Below the pieces are notes generated by a model, which had not been told where the DNA came from, made no database searches, and was given only the letters and a program-made list of their open reading frames with translations. Position numbers and translations under genes: made by a program. Of a stretch of 32,000 nucleotides of DNA, positions 22,970-32,000 are shown one piece after another; position 1 is the stretch's first letter; each line of letters begins with the position of its first letter. The stretch covers positions 1,333,260 through 1,365,259 of the forward strand of contig NZ_CP041690.1 in the NCBI RefSeq assembly GCF_008000755.1. The letters run 5' to 3'. The stretch comes from Paradevosia tibetensis. Its GTDB lineage: Bacteria; Pseudomonadota; Alphaproteobacteria; Rhizobiales; Devosiaceae.

Positions 22970-24949
22970 TTGTCTATCGAACTCGGCCATTTCGCCCAGA
23001 TCCTCGCTTTCGCCATCGCCTGCGTCTCGACCGTCATGGGCTATGCCTACTGGCGCAACGAGGGGCGGGTGACGACGTTCCTGCGCCAGGCTGCGATCCT
23101 GCAGTTCCTGCTGATCGCGGCGAGCTTTGCCGCGCTGATCCAGGCCTTCGTCACCTCGGATTTCTCGCTGCTGCTGGCCTACAACAATTCGCACTCGCTC
23201 CAGCCGCTGCTCTACAAGGTCACCAGCGTCTGGGGGAACCATGAGGGCTCGATCGTCCTCTGGATCCTGATCCTCGTCGCCTTCGGGGCGGCGGTCGCCA
23301 TGTTCGGTCGCAAGCTCCCAAAGGACCTGCTCAACCTGGTGCTGGCCACCCAAAGCCTCCTGGTTGCCGCCTTCACCGGCTTTGCGCTCTTCACCTCCAA
23401 TGCCTTTGCCCGGCTGGACCCGGCGCCGTTCGAGGGCAAGGATCTCAACCCGATCCTCCAGGACTTCGGCCTCGCGGTGCATCCGCCGCTCCTCTACACG
23501 GGCTATGTGGGCTTCTCGATCTGCTTCTCCTTCGCCATCGCGGCACTGATCTCGGGCCGCATCGACGCTGCCTGGGCCCGCTGGGTGCGCCCGTGGACGA
23601 TGCTTTCATGGACGTTCCTCACCCTCGGCATCGCCATGGGCTCCTATTGGGCCTATTACGAACTGGGCTGGGGCGGCTGGTGGTTCTGGGATCCGGTCGA
23701 AAATGCCAGCTTCATGCCCTGGCTTGCCGGCACCGCGCTCCTGCACTCGGCGCTGGTGATGGAGAAGCGCAATGCGCTCAAGGTCTGGACGATCTTCCTG
23801 TCCATCATCACCTTCTCCTTCTCGCTGCTCGGCACTTTCCTCGTGCGTTCGGGCGTGCTCACCTCGGTGCACTCCTTTGCTTCCGATCCGACGCGGGGCC
23901 TCGTGATCCTCGCCATCCTCGCCGCTTTCATCGGCGGCGCCTTCACACTCTTTGCGATGCGCGCCTCGTCCCTGCGGCAGGGCGGCCTCTTCGCTCCGAT
24001 CTCCAAGGAAGGGGCGCTGGTGCTCAACAACCTCTTCCTGGCGACGGGTCTGGGGGCGGTGCTGGTGGGAACGCTTTATCCGCTGGTGCTCGATGCGCTT
24101 ACGGGCCGTACTATCTCGGTGGGCGCCCCGTTCTTCGATCTCACCTTCGGCACCCTGATGGTACCGCTGCTCATCCTCGTGCCGTTCGGGCCTTTCCTGG
24201 CCTGGAAGCGCGGCGATCTCGTCGCGGTGACGCAGCGCCTGGCCGGTGCCGCCGTGCTGGCGCTGGTCGCCGCCATCGCGCTCTTCACGGCCACCGGCGC
24301 CCATGTGTCGCTGGCCCCGCTCGGGCTGCTGCTGGGCTTCTGGGTGATGTTCGGCGCCATCGCCGAACTCGTCGACCGCTCCAAGCTCGGCCGCATTCCG
24401 CTCGCAGAGAGCTGGCGCCGCCTCAAGGGCCTGCCGCGCACCGCCTTTTCGACCGCCCTCGGCCATTTCGGCCTCGGCGTGACGGTCATCGGCATCGTGG
24501 TGACGACCGCCTGGCAGAGCGAACTCATCACCACCGTCGGTACCGGCGAGACGGTGACGCTCAACGGCTACCAGGTCCAGCTCGTCAAGCTCGACGAGGA
24601 TGTGCCGGGCCCGAACTACACGGCCGACCATGGCGAGTTCGTCATCACCGCGCCCAATGGCGGCAAGCGCGACGCGGTTGCCGAGCGCCGCACCTACATC
24701 GCCAGCGGGCAGCCGACCACCGAGGCGTCGATCCAGACCTACGGGTTCTCCCAGCTCTACCTGCAACTGGGTGAAGACGAGGCGGCCGGCCGTCACGTGC
24801 TGCGTGTCTGGTTCAAGCCCTATGTGACGCTGATCTGGCTGGGCGCACTGCTGATGTCAGGTGCCGGGTTCCTGTCGCTGAGCGACCGGCGCCTGCGGGT
24901 CGGGGTGCCCAAGCCGCGCCGCACCCCCGCGCTCGAGGCGGCCCAATGA
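22970..24949 (+). CDS. ccmF: Heme lyase CcmF (CycK)
   Basis: 659 aa, polytopic. WWD motif WGGWWFWDPVENAS. TTG start with GGAGG 6 nt upstream. Confidence 0.96.
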   Translation: MSIELGHFAQILAFAIACVSTVMGYAYWRNEGRVTTFLRQAAILQFLLIAASFAALIQAFVTSDFSLLLAYNNSHSLQPLLYKVTSVWGNHEGSIVLWILILVAFGAAVAMFGRKLPKDLLNLVLATQSLLVAAFTGFALFTSNAFARLDPAPFEGKDLNPILQDFGLAVHPPLLYTGYVGFSICFSFAIAALISGRIDAAWARWVRPWTMLSWTFLTLGIAMGSYWAYYELGWGGWWFWDPVENASFMPWLAGTALLHSALVMEKRNALKVWTIFLSIITFSFSLLGTFLVRSGVLTSVHSFASDPTRGLVILAILAAFIGGAFTLFAMRASSLRQGGLFAPISKEGALVLNNLFLATGLGAVLVGTLYPLVLDALTGRTISVGAPFFDLTFGTLMVPLLILVPFGPFLAWKRGDLVAVTQRLAGAAVLALVAAIALFTATGAHVSLAPLGLLLGFWVMFGAIAELVDRSKLGRIPLAESWRRLKGLPRTAFSTALGHFGLGVTVIGIVVTTAWQSELITTVGTGETVTLNGYQVQLVKLDEDVPGPNYTADHGEFVITAPNGGKRDAVAERRTYIASGQPTTEASIQTYGFSQLYLQLGEDEAAGRHVLRVWFKPYVTLIWLGALLMSGAGFLSLSDRRLRVGVPKPRRTPALEAAQ

Positions 24950-25407
24950 GGCGCTTCTTCGTCGCCCTGGCGATCGTCTTCGCGATGGGAAGCGCCGCCA
25001 TGGCGCTCAACCCGAGCGAAATCCTCAGCGATCCGGTGCTCGAGGCGCGGGCGCGCGACATTTCGGCGGGCCTGCGCTGCCTCGTCTGCCAGAATCAATC
25101 CATCGAGGACAGCGACGCCGACCTCGCGCACGACCTGCGCGTGATCGTGCGCGAACGGCTGGTGGCCGGCGATACCGACGAGCAGGTACGCGACTACGTC
25201 GTCGCGCGCTACGGCGAGTTCGTGCTGTTGCAGCCGGTCCTGGGGCTGCACACGCTCGTCTTATGGATTGCCGCACCCTTACTGCTCATTGCCGGGATCA
25301 TTGCCGTGGTCGTAGGGATTCGCCGGCGGCGCGCCCCGATGCCGGCTGCCCTGACCGCCGAGGAGCAGGCTGCCCTCGACCGGCTCGAAGAACGCCAGGA
25401 ACATTGA
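24946..25407 (+). CDS. ccmH: Cytochrome c-type biogenesis protein CcmH (CycL)
   Basis: Signal peptide, LRCLVCQNQSIEDSDA (CxxC) motif and a C-terminal TM helix. ATGA overlap with ccmF. Confidence 0.93.
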   Translation: MRRFFVALAIVFAMGSAAMALNPSEILSDPVLEARARDISAGLRCLVCQNQSIEDSDADLAHDLRVIVRERLVAGDTDEQVRDYVVARYGEFVLLQPVLGLHTLVLWIAAPLLLIAGIIAVVVGIRRRRAPMPAALTAEEQAALDRLEERQEH

Positions 25408-25423
25408 GCGCCGTCAGGGCGTT
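25398..25423 (+). promoter_or_regulatory. Candidate ECF-sigma (EcfG/RpoE-type) promoter upstream of degP
   Basis: GGAAC (25398-25402), a 17-nt spacer, then CGTT (25420-25423). The motif straddles the ccmH stop, about 200 nt upstream of the degP ATG. Confidence 0.3.
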
Positions 25424-25624
25424 ATAGAAGGTTCGATGCAAGTCGGCCGGCAGTCGCGGTGGGGCAAAACGGATGGGAATCCGGCCCACCCAAATTCCCG
25501 CCGCGAACCTTTCCAATTCCTGCCGCGAGCCTTACCAACTTGTAATCCTAGCGAAACATGCCGGAAATATCGGGTCCTCCATAACGTACGCATTCTGTTG
25601 GGGAGCCGTTAGGAGAACATATAA

Positions 25625-27112
25625 ATGCGCTCGACAACCATATCCCGTGCACGCCGCTGGGTCGGGGCTTCCGCCTTGGCCATCATCGTCGGGCTGGGTG
25701 GCGTGTCCACGTTCGTGGCCACCAGCCAGACTGCCAATGCCCAGATCTCTGCGCCCACGATTGCCGCTCCGAGCTTTGCCGATCTCGTAGCCGCCGTGAA
25801 GCCGGCCGTCGTCTCGATCCAGGTCGAAGGCGAGGAGACGACATCCCAGAACATTCAAGGTGGCCGCAACTTCCAGTTCCAGATTCCGGACCTGCCGGAC
25901 GATCATCCGCTGAAGCGCTTCTTCGACCAGTTCGGCAACCAGTTCGGCCAGCAGGGCCCGGCGACGCCGCGCAAATACATGGCGGCCGGCTCTGGCTTCG
26001 TCATTTCCGCCGACGGCTACATCGTCACCAACAACCACGTGGTCAAGAACGCCGACAAGGTCACGGTGATCTTCGACAACGGCGACGAGATGTCGGCCAA
26101 GGTCATCGGGACCGATGAGAAGACCGACGTTGCCGTCGTCAAGGTGGATGGCAAGGACCTGCCGTTCGTCGAATTCGCCGCCGACACTATCCGCGTGGGC
26201 GATTGGGTCATCGCCGTGGGTAACCCGTTCGGCCTGGGTGGCACCGTCACCTCCGGTATCGTCTCGGCCCGCGGCCGTGACATCGGTGGCTCGTCCTATG
26301 GCGACTTCCTGCAGATCGACGCTGCGGTCAACACCGGCAACTCCGGTGGCCCCGCCTTCGATACTTCGGGCAAGGTCGTCGGCATGAACACTGCCATCTA
26401 CTCGCCCAATGGCGGCAATGTCGGCATCGCCTTCGCGATTCCCGCTTCCACCATCAAGCCGATCGTCCAGCAGCTCATCGACAAGGGTTCGGTGACCCGT
26501 GGCTTCCTCGGTGTCCAGATCCAGGACGTGACCCACGACATCGCCAACAGCGTCGGCCTCAAGAACGCCAAGGGCGCTCTCGTGACCGAGCCGAGCGACG
26601 GTGGCCCGGCCCAGAAGGCCGGCATCAACTCGGGCGATATCATCACCGCCGTCGACGGCACCCCGATCGACAACGCCCTGGCGCTCTCGCGCACCATCGC
26701 CAACAAGACCCCGGGTACCAAGGTCGAGCTGAGCGTGTGGCGCAACGGCAAGGAAGACAAGGTCAGCGTGACCCTTGATACCCTCAAGGACCAGGCAGCC
26801 CCCACCCAGCAGGAGCAGCCCGCCCAGCCGGAAGCTCCCAAGCCTTCCAGCGTCGGCATCACCCTGGTCCCGAATTCGGGCGGTGACGGCATGCTGATCC
26901 AGGACATCGATCCGAGCAGCGTGGCGGCCGACAAGGGCTTCACCGTCGGTGACGTGATCCTCGAAGTGGACAACAAGAAGGTCTCCACGGTCGACGAATT
27001 CGAGAAGGCCATCCAGGGCGTCAAGGATTCGGGCCGCGGCACTGCCCTCATCAAGGCCAGCCGTGACGGCAATACGCGCTTCATCGGCCTGCCGCTGGAT
27101 GCAGGTAAGTAA
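25625..27112 (+). CDS. degP: Do/DegP/HtrA-family periplasmic serine endoprotease with two PDZ domains
   Basis: Signal peptide, catalytic motifs TNNHVV, DVAVVKV and GNSGGPAF, then two PDZ-like regions. AGGAG lies 9 nt upstream of the ATG. Confidence 0.96.
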   Translation: MRSTTISRARRWVGASALAIIVGLGGVSTFVATSQTANAQISAPTIAAPSFADLVAAVKPAVVSIQVEGEETTSQNIQGGRNFQFQIPDLPDDHPLKRFFDQFGNQFGQQGPATPRKYMAAGSGFVISADGYIVTNNHVVKNADKVTVIFDNGDEMSAKVIGTDEKTDVAVVKVDGKDLPFVEFAADTIRVGDWVIAVGNPFGLGGTVTSGIVSARGRDIGGSSYGDFLQIDAAVNTGNSGGPAFDTSGKVVGMNTAIYSPNGGNVGIAFAIPASTIKPIVQQLIDKGSVTRGFLGVQIQDVTHDIANSVGLKNAKGALVTEPSDGGPAQKAGINSGDIITAVDGTPIDNALALSRTIANKTPGTKVELSVWRNGKEDKVSVTLDTLKDQAAPTQQEQPAQPEAPKPSSVGITLVPNSGGDGMLIQDIDPSSVAADKGFTVGDVILEVDNKKVSTVDEFEKAIQGVKDSGRGTALIKASRDGNTRFIGLPLDAGK

Positions 27113-27129
27113 CCAATTGCAGATTATGC

Positions 27130-27158
27130 CGGTCCCGGAGTTCTTCTCTCCGGGGCCG
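27130..27158 (+). terminator. Hairpin downstream of degP (possible terminator, no U-tract)
   Basis: cggtcccggag-ttcttct-ctccggggccg forms an 11-bp stem with one G-U pair and a 7-nt loop. Confidence 0.3.
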
Positions 27159-27198
27159 ACCCTCCCTATATCGGTCGCATCCCAATCCTGATGGGGCT

Positions 27199-27876
27199 AT
27201 GCCCATGAAAATTCTGCTGATTGAAGACGACCGGGAAGCGGCCAGCTATCTCATCCAGGCACTGGACGAAGCCGGGCACGTGACCCATCATGCCACCGAT
27301 GGCGAAACCGGCTACGCGATGGCCTCGGGCATGGACTACGACGTTCTTGTTGTCGACCGCATGCTGCCGCGCCGCGATGGCCTTTCCATCATCGAGTCGC
27401 TTCGCGCCGAAGACGACAAGACACCCGTGCTCATCCTCTCGGCCCTCGGTGAGGTCGACGACCGCGTGACCGGCCTGCGCGCCGGCGGTGACGACTATCT
27501 CACCAAGCCCTACGCCTTCACCGAACTGCTGGCCCGCATCGAAGTGCTGGCCCGGCGTTCCAGCCCCTCCGAGGCGGCGACCAGTTTCCAGGTGGGCGAT
27601 CTCACGCTCGACCGGCTCTCGCGCAAGGTCGAACGCGGCGGCGAAGTTATCCTGCTCCAGCCGCGCGAATTCCGCCTGCTCGAATACCTCATGAAGAATG
27701 CCGGCAAGGTCGTGACCCGCACGATGCTGCTGGAAAACGTCTGGGACTACCATTTCGACCCCCAGACCAACGTCATCGACGTGCATATGTCGCGCCTGCG
27801 CTCCAAGATAGACAAGGGTCATGCCACCTCCCTGCTGCAGACGATCAGGGGCGCCGGTTACATGATCCGTGACTAA
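27199..27876 (+). CDS. OmpR-family response regulator
   Basis: MKILLIEDD, DVLVVDRMLPRRDG, DDYLTKPY, and a winged-helix domain (LQPREFRLLEYLM, IDVHMSRLRSKI, TIRGAGYMI). ATG 27205 is an alternative start. Confidence 0.95.
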   Translation: MPMKILLIEDDREAASYLIQALDEAGHVTHHATDGETGYAMASGMDYDVLVVDRMLPRRDGLSIIESLRAEDDKTPVLILSALGEVDDRVTGLRAGGDDYLTKPYAFTELLARIEVLARRSSPSEAATSFQVGDLTLDRLSRKVERGGEVILLQPREFRLLEYLMKNAGKVVTRTMLLENVWDYHFDPQTNVIDVHMSRLRSKIDKGHATSLLQTIRGAGYMIRD

Positions 27877-29284
27877 CCGTTTCGCCCAACTCTGGCGCAC
27901 CACCACCGTTCGGCTCACCGCGATTTTCGTCCTGATCTTCGTGGTGTTCTCGGTCCTGCTGCTGGCGGTGATCTCCTACCAGTCCAGCATCCAGATCCAG
28001 CGGCAACAGGCCGCCGACATCGATCGCGAAATCCGCCAGATTACCAAGATCGACGAACGGCAGGGCTTCAGGGCCTCCATCATCGCCGTCGAGCGCCTGT
28101 CGCGCCAGCCGGGCCCAGGCATCTATTTCATCGGCGATCCGACCGGCCAGCTCATCGTGGGCAACGTCACCACGCTTCCGCCCGAAGTCCTGCTCGAGCC
28201 GGGCTCCTATACTTTCAACTACGATCGCCAGCGCCCCGGCGATCCGGACAGCACCGACGCCCCCGAGCCGCCGCCACCCCAGGGCAACGCCATGGTGCGT
28301 TCGGTCGTGCTCTCGAGCGGGCTGCATCTGGTGGTCGGACGCGACGTGGTGGAGCGGCGCGGCTTTACCGCGATCATCCTCCAGAGCTTCCTTTACGGCG
28401 TCGGCGGCATCGTGCTGCTCTCCATCATCGCCGGCCTCATCAACTCCCGGCGCGTGCTGGCGCGGATCGACTCCATCAACGTCACCGCCAACAAGATCAT
28501 GTCCGGCAATCTCTCCGAGCGCATCCCGATCACGCAGCGCAACGACGAGTTCGATGGCCTTGCCACGAGCCTCAACGCCATGCTCGACCGCATCGAGCAG
28601 CTGATGCAGGGGCTCAAGGAAGTGACCGACAACGTCGCCCACGACCTCAAGACGCCGCTGACCCGCCTGCGCAACCAGGCCGAGTCCGCCCTTCGCGATA
28701 GCGCCCACGAGGAGGACCGGCGCAAGGCACTCGAGACGACCATCTCGGAGAGCGACAAGCTCATCCGCACCTTCAACGCGCTCCTTATGATCGCACGGGC
28801 CGAAGCAGGGGCACCTTCCGGGGCCTTTGCCGACATCGACGTCAGCGCCATCGCCGCCGATGTGGCCGAGCTCTATGCGCCCGTCGCCGAGGAAGAGGGG
28901 ATGGAGCTCGTGAGCGAGGTCGCCCCCGGCATCCGCATGCGCGCCAATCGCGAGCTCATCGGCCAGGCGCTGGTCAACCTCGTCGACAACGCCATGAAGT
29001 ACTACCGCGCCAACGGCGAGGACAGCTCCGGCAAGATCACCGTCACCGCACGCGAGGTCGGCGGGCGCGTTCTCATGGAGGTCGCCGACAACGGACCGGG
29101 CATTCCCGCCGCCGACCGCTCGCGCGTGGTCGAACGCTTCGTGCGCCTCGAGCAGAGCCGAACCGAACCCGGGTCGGGTCTCGGCCTGTCGCTCGTCGCC
29201 GCCGTCGCCCGCCTGCACAAGGGCGAGTTCCGCCTGGAGGACAACAATCCCGGCGTGCGTGCCGTGATCGACCTGCCGGCCTGA
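27869..29284 (+). CDS. Sensor histidine kinase (two TM helices, HAMP, HisKA, HATPase_c)
   Basis: H-box NVAHDLKTPLTRLRN, NLVDNAMKY, DNGPGIP, GSGLGLSLV. GTG start overlaps the regulator gene by 8 nt. Confidence 0.92.
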   Translation: MTNRFAQLWRTTTVRLTAIFVLIFVVFSVLLLAVISYQSSIQIQRQQAADIDREIRQITKIDERQGFRASIIAVERLSRQPGPGIYFIGDPTGQLIVGNVTTLPPEVLLEPGSYTFNYDRQRPGDPDSTDAPEPPPPQGNAMVRSVVLSSGLHLVVGRDVVERRGFTAIILQSFLYGVGGIVLLSIIAGLINSRRVLARIDSINVTANKIMSGNLSERIPITQRNDEFDGLATSLNAMLDRIEQLMQGLKEVTDNVAHDLKTPLTRLRNQAESALRDSAHEEDRRKALETTISESDKLIRTFNALLMIARAEAGAPSGAFADIDVSAIAADVAELYAPVAEEEGMELVSEVAPGIRMRANRELIGQALVNLVDNAMKYYRANGEDSSGKITVTAREVGGRVLMEVADNGPGIPAADRSRVVERFVRLEQSRTEPGSGLGLSLVAAVARLHKGEFRLEDNNPGVRAVIDLPA

Positions 29285-29336
29285 GACGGCTCCGGGCGAG
29301 CTTGCCGCCCGCCACCACACCGGCTATCCCATTGCC

Positions 29337-32000
29337 ATGACGATCGCTCTCGCCCCCTTGCCGCCGGTCCCGCACCCCGCCTTCTCCGATTGGCTCAAGA
29401 GCCTCGAGCCCGGCGTGCGCGGGTCCATCGAGGCTGCCGCGCCGACGCTGGCGAGCCTTTTCACCGAGGCACCCTATCTGTTCGATCTCGGCCGGTTGCA
29501 TGCCGGCTGGCTGGCGCGCGTTCTCGTCGGCGATGCCGATGCCGCACTTGCGGGCGTCCTCGGCAATATCCGCGATGCCGGGCGCGCGGCGTCCGAAGAG
29601 GAGGAGCTTTCGGCCACCCTGCGGCAGGCCAAGGGGCGCGTGGCGCTACTGGCCGCCGTGGCCGAGGTCGGCGGCGCGTGGTCCACCGAACAATCGACCG
29701 CGGCCCTGTCGGCCCTGGCTGACGCGGCTCTCGATGCCTCCCTTGATTTCCTCATGCGCAAGGCCGCCGACAAGGGCGACCTCGTGCCCGGCGTCGAGCC
29801 GACCGCCGCGGCCTCCGGGCTCGCTCTCTTTGCGCTGGGCAAGCACGGTGGGCGCGAACTCAACTACTCGTCCGACATCGACATCGTCGCCTTCTTCGAC
29901 CCCGACAAGGGCGTGCTGGTCGACCCGATGGAAGCCACCAAGTTCTATACCCGCATCGTGCGCGGGCTCGTGGCGCTGATGCAGGATCGCACCGCCCACG
30001 GCTACGTCTTCCGCACGGACCTGCGCCTGCGCCCCGACCCCGGCTCGACCCCCGTGGCCATCTCCTTTGATGCCGCCATCGCCTATTACGAGGTGCGCGG
30101 GCAGAACTGGGAGCGCGCCGCCTGGATCAAGTCGCGCCCCTGTGCCGGCGACATCGCGGCCGGAGAGAGCTTCCTCAAGGAAATGGCGCCCTATGTCTGG
30201 CGCAAGCATCTGGACTTCGCCACCATCGCCGACATCCAGGCCATGAAACGCCAGATCAACATTTCCAAGAATGTTGGCGACGTGCGCGTGGAAGGCCACA
30301 ACGTCAAGCTCGGCCGCGGCGGCATCCGCGAGATCGAGTTCTTCACCCAGACCCAGCAATTGATTGCAGGGGGACGCGACAAGACGCTGCGCGTGCGCCC
30401 CACCGCCCAGGCGCTCGCCGCGCTCGCGGCCGCCGGCTGGATTTCCGAAAAGACCGCCAGCGACCTCACGGACACCTACTGGTTCCTGCGCGCCGTCGAG
30501 AACCGGCTGCAGATGTTGCGGGACGAGCAGACCCAGATGATGCCCGAAACGCCCGAGGGCGTGGCGGCGATCGCACTGGTCATGGGCGAGCGGGACCCCG
30601 CCGCCTTCGAGCGGCGCTACCGGGAAGCGCTCAACCTCGTCGTCGGCTATTATGGCGAACTCTTCACCGAGGGCGAGACGCTTGGAACGGGCGAGGGCAA
30701 CCTCGTCTTCACCGGCAGCGACGACGATCCGGCGACGCTCGAGACCCTTGCGTCGCTCGGCTTCAAAGACCCCGCCAAGGCCTCCCAGACAGTGCGCAAG
30801 TGGCATTATGGCGGCTACGGCGCCACGCGCGCTTCTGCCGCCCGCGCCCATCTCACCGAACTCCTGCCGGCACTGCTGCGCACCATTGCCGGCGCCGGCA
30901 ATGCCGATGAGGCCCTGGCGCGGTTCGATAACTTCCTGTCGCGCCTGCCCTCGGGCGTGCAGCTCTTCTCGCTGCTGCGCAACTACGAGCAGTTGCGCCG
31001 GCTGCTGGTGGCCTTCATGGCCTCGGCGCCGCGCATGGCCGAGGCCGTGATCCACCGGGCGCACGTCATGGACGGGCTCATCGATCCCGCCTTCGCCAAC
31101 GAGGTGTCGCGCCGCAGGGCCCTGGTTTCCAAGGTCGATGCCTTCCTGGGGGAAGGCCGCGCTTATGAGGAGGTGATCGACCGCGCCCGCATCATCGGCC
31201 AGGAGCAGAAATTCCTGATCTCTGCCGGGCTGCTCTCGGGCACCGTCACCGCCGCCAGGGCAGGGGAGCAGTTCACCACCCTCGCCGAAACGCTGGTTCA
31301 GCGGCTATTCAAGGCGGTGCGGGTGGAGTTCGAAAAGCGCCATGGCGTCGTGCCCGGCGCGCGCACGGCCCTGCTCGGCTTCGGCAAGATGGCCAGCCGC
31401 GAAATGACGGTCACGTCCGACCTCGACTTCATCATGCTCTACGACGTCAGCGGCGGCGCCGAGGAGAGCGATGGCGAGCGCCCACTCAGCACCAACCACT
31501 ATTTCACGCGCCTGACACAGCGCCTGGTCGCCGCCGTCACGGCGCCCACTTCGGAAGGCGTGCTCTACGAAGCCGACATGCGCCTGCGCCCCTCCGGCAA
31601 CGCGGGTCCCCTGGCCACGGGCCTCGGGGGCTTCCGCCGCTACCAGATGGAGGAAGCCTGGACTTGGGAGCACCTGGCCCTCAGCCGCGCCCGGGTGATC
31701 GTGGGTGACGGCGACATGGAAGCCTCGGTGCGCGAAACCATCGGGGACATCCTCGCCGCGCCGCGCGACAAGGGCAAGGTGATCGACGATGTCGTCTCGA
31801 TGCGCGCCCTCATGGCTCGCGAGCGCAAGCCACGCCACGCCTTCGATCTCAAGCTCGCCTCGGGTGGCCTGGTGGACCTCGAATTCATTGCCCAATCGGC
31901 TCAGCTCGTCGCAGGGGCCACGATCGCCCGGTCGCAGGCGCCGACGCGTGAAGTGCTGACGCGGCTGGACGAGACCGGCCTCGTGCCGGAGGGCGCGCGG
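29337..32000 (+). CDS. glnE: Bifunctional glutamine synthetase adenylyltransferase / adenylyl-removing enzyme GlnE (3' end outside the window)
   Basis: The frame appears open from ATG 29337 to the window end (888 codons); I translated it by eye, not exhaustively, and it is not listed in the track because no stop occurs. Two nucleotidyltransferase motifs are present (GGRELNYSSDIDIVAFFD; SREMTVTSDLDFIMLYD), plus YVFRTDLRLRPDPGS and LYEADMRLRPSGN. Confidence 0.95.
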   Translation, partial: MTIALAPLPPVPHPAFSDWLKSLEPGVRGSIEAAAPTLASLFTEAPYLFDLGRLHAGWLARVLVGDADAALAGVLGNIRDAGRAASEEEELSATLRQAKGRVALLAAVAEVGGAWSTEQSTAALSALADAALDASLDFLMRKAADKGDLVPGVEPTAAASGLALFALGKHGGRELNYSSDIDIVAFFDPDKGVLVDPMEATKFYTRIVRGLVALMQDRTAHGYVFRTDLRLRPDPGSTPVAISFDAAIAYYEVRGQNWERAAWIKSRPCAGDIAAGESFLKEMAPYVWRKHLDFATIADIQAMKRQINISKNVGDVRVEGHNVKLGRGGIREIEFFTQTQQLIAGGRDKTLRVRPTAQALAALAAAGWISEKTASDLTDTYWFLRAVENRLQMLRDEQTQMMPETPEGVAAIALVMGERDPAAFERRYREALNLVVGYYGELFTEGETLGTGEGNLVFTGSDDDPATLETLASLGFKDPAKASQTVRKWHYGGYGATRASAARAHLTELLPALLRTIAGAGNADEALARFDNFLSRLPSGVQLFSLLRNYEQLRRLLVAFMASAPRMAEAVIHRAHVMDGLIDPAFANEVSRRRALVSKVDAFLGEGRAYEEVIDRARIIGQEQKFLISAGLLSGTVTAARAGEQFTTLAETLVQRLFKAVRVEFEKRHGVVPGARTALLGFGKMASREMTVTSDLDFIMLYDVSGGAEESDGERPLSTNHYFTRLTQRLVAAVTAPTSEGVLYEADMRLRPSGNAGPLATGLGGFRRYQMEEAWTWEHLALSRARVIVGDGDMEASVRETIGDILAAPRDKGKVIDDVVSMRALMARERKPRHAFDLKLASGGLVDLEFIAQSAQLVAGATIARSQAPTREVLTRLDETGLVPEGAR

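Noticed and set aside
25436-25612. A small ORF of about 58 codons (MQVGRQSRWGK...) in the degP leader, and the track ORF 25473..25790.
   Set aside because: There is no GC3 bias, no SD, basic low-complexity composition, and one of them overlaps the degP start. The region is more likely untranslated leader.

Overview
High-GC alphaproteobacterial chromosome segment. The ccmI-ccmE-ccmF-ccmH (cycHJKL) / degP / two-component system / glnE gene order looks Rhizobiales/Hyphomicrobiales-like. Positions 41-14038 hold a co-directional, apparently intact RcGTA-type gene transfer agent (GTA) head-tail cluster. It runs portal, g3.5-like small protein, prohead protease, HK97 capsid, adaptor, head closure, DUF3168, tail tube, two chaperone ORFs, short tape measure, DUF2460, DUF2163 hub, NlpC/P60 peptidase and a 1252-aa g15. 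A translationally coupled GH108 muramidase with a C-terminal membrane tail follows g15. The terminase genes would lie left of the window. Two things are non-canonical. First, an antisense ParE/RHH toxin-antitoxin cassette (5545-6104) sits between the tail-tube and tail-chaperone genes. Second, a family of GC-rich composite hairpin repeats (about 110 nt) fills every large intergenic gap of the cluster, falls at functional-module boundaries, and is absent from the other 18 kb. A 42-codon micro-ORF (1687-1815), below the ORF-track cutoff, is start/stop-coupled on both sides. The right 18 kb looks like housekeeping: a PepSY-like protein plus OmpR/HK system, a lipoprotein, an unknown 406-aa protein, a SoxB/SoxA-like oxidoreductase pair on the minus strand, ccmIEFH, degP, a second OmpR/HK system and the first 888 codons of glnE. 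Many long ORFs in the track are antisense shadow ORFs or repeat-derived N-terminal extensions and are rejected. All family assignments come from motif recognition by eye; no searches were run.
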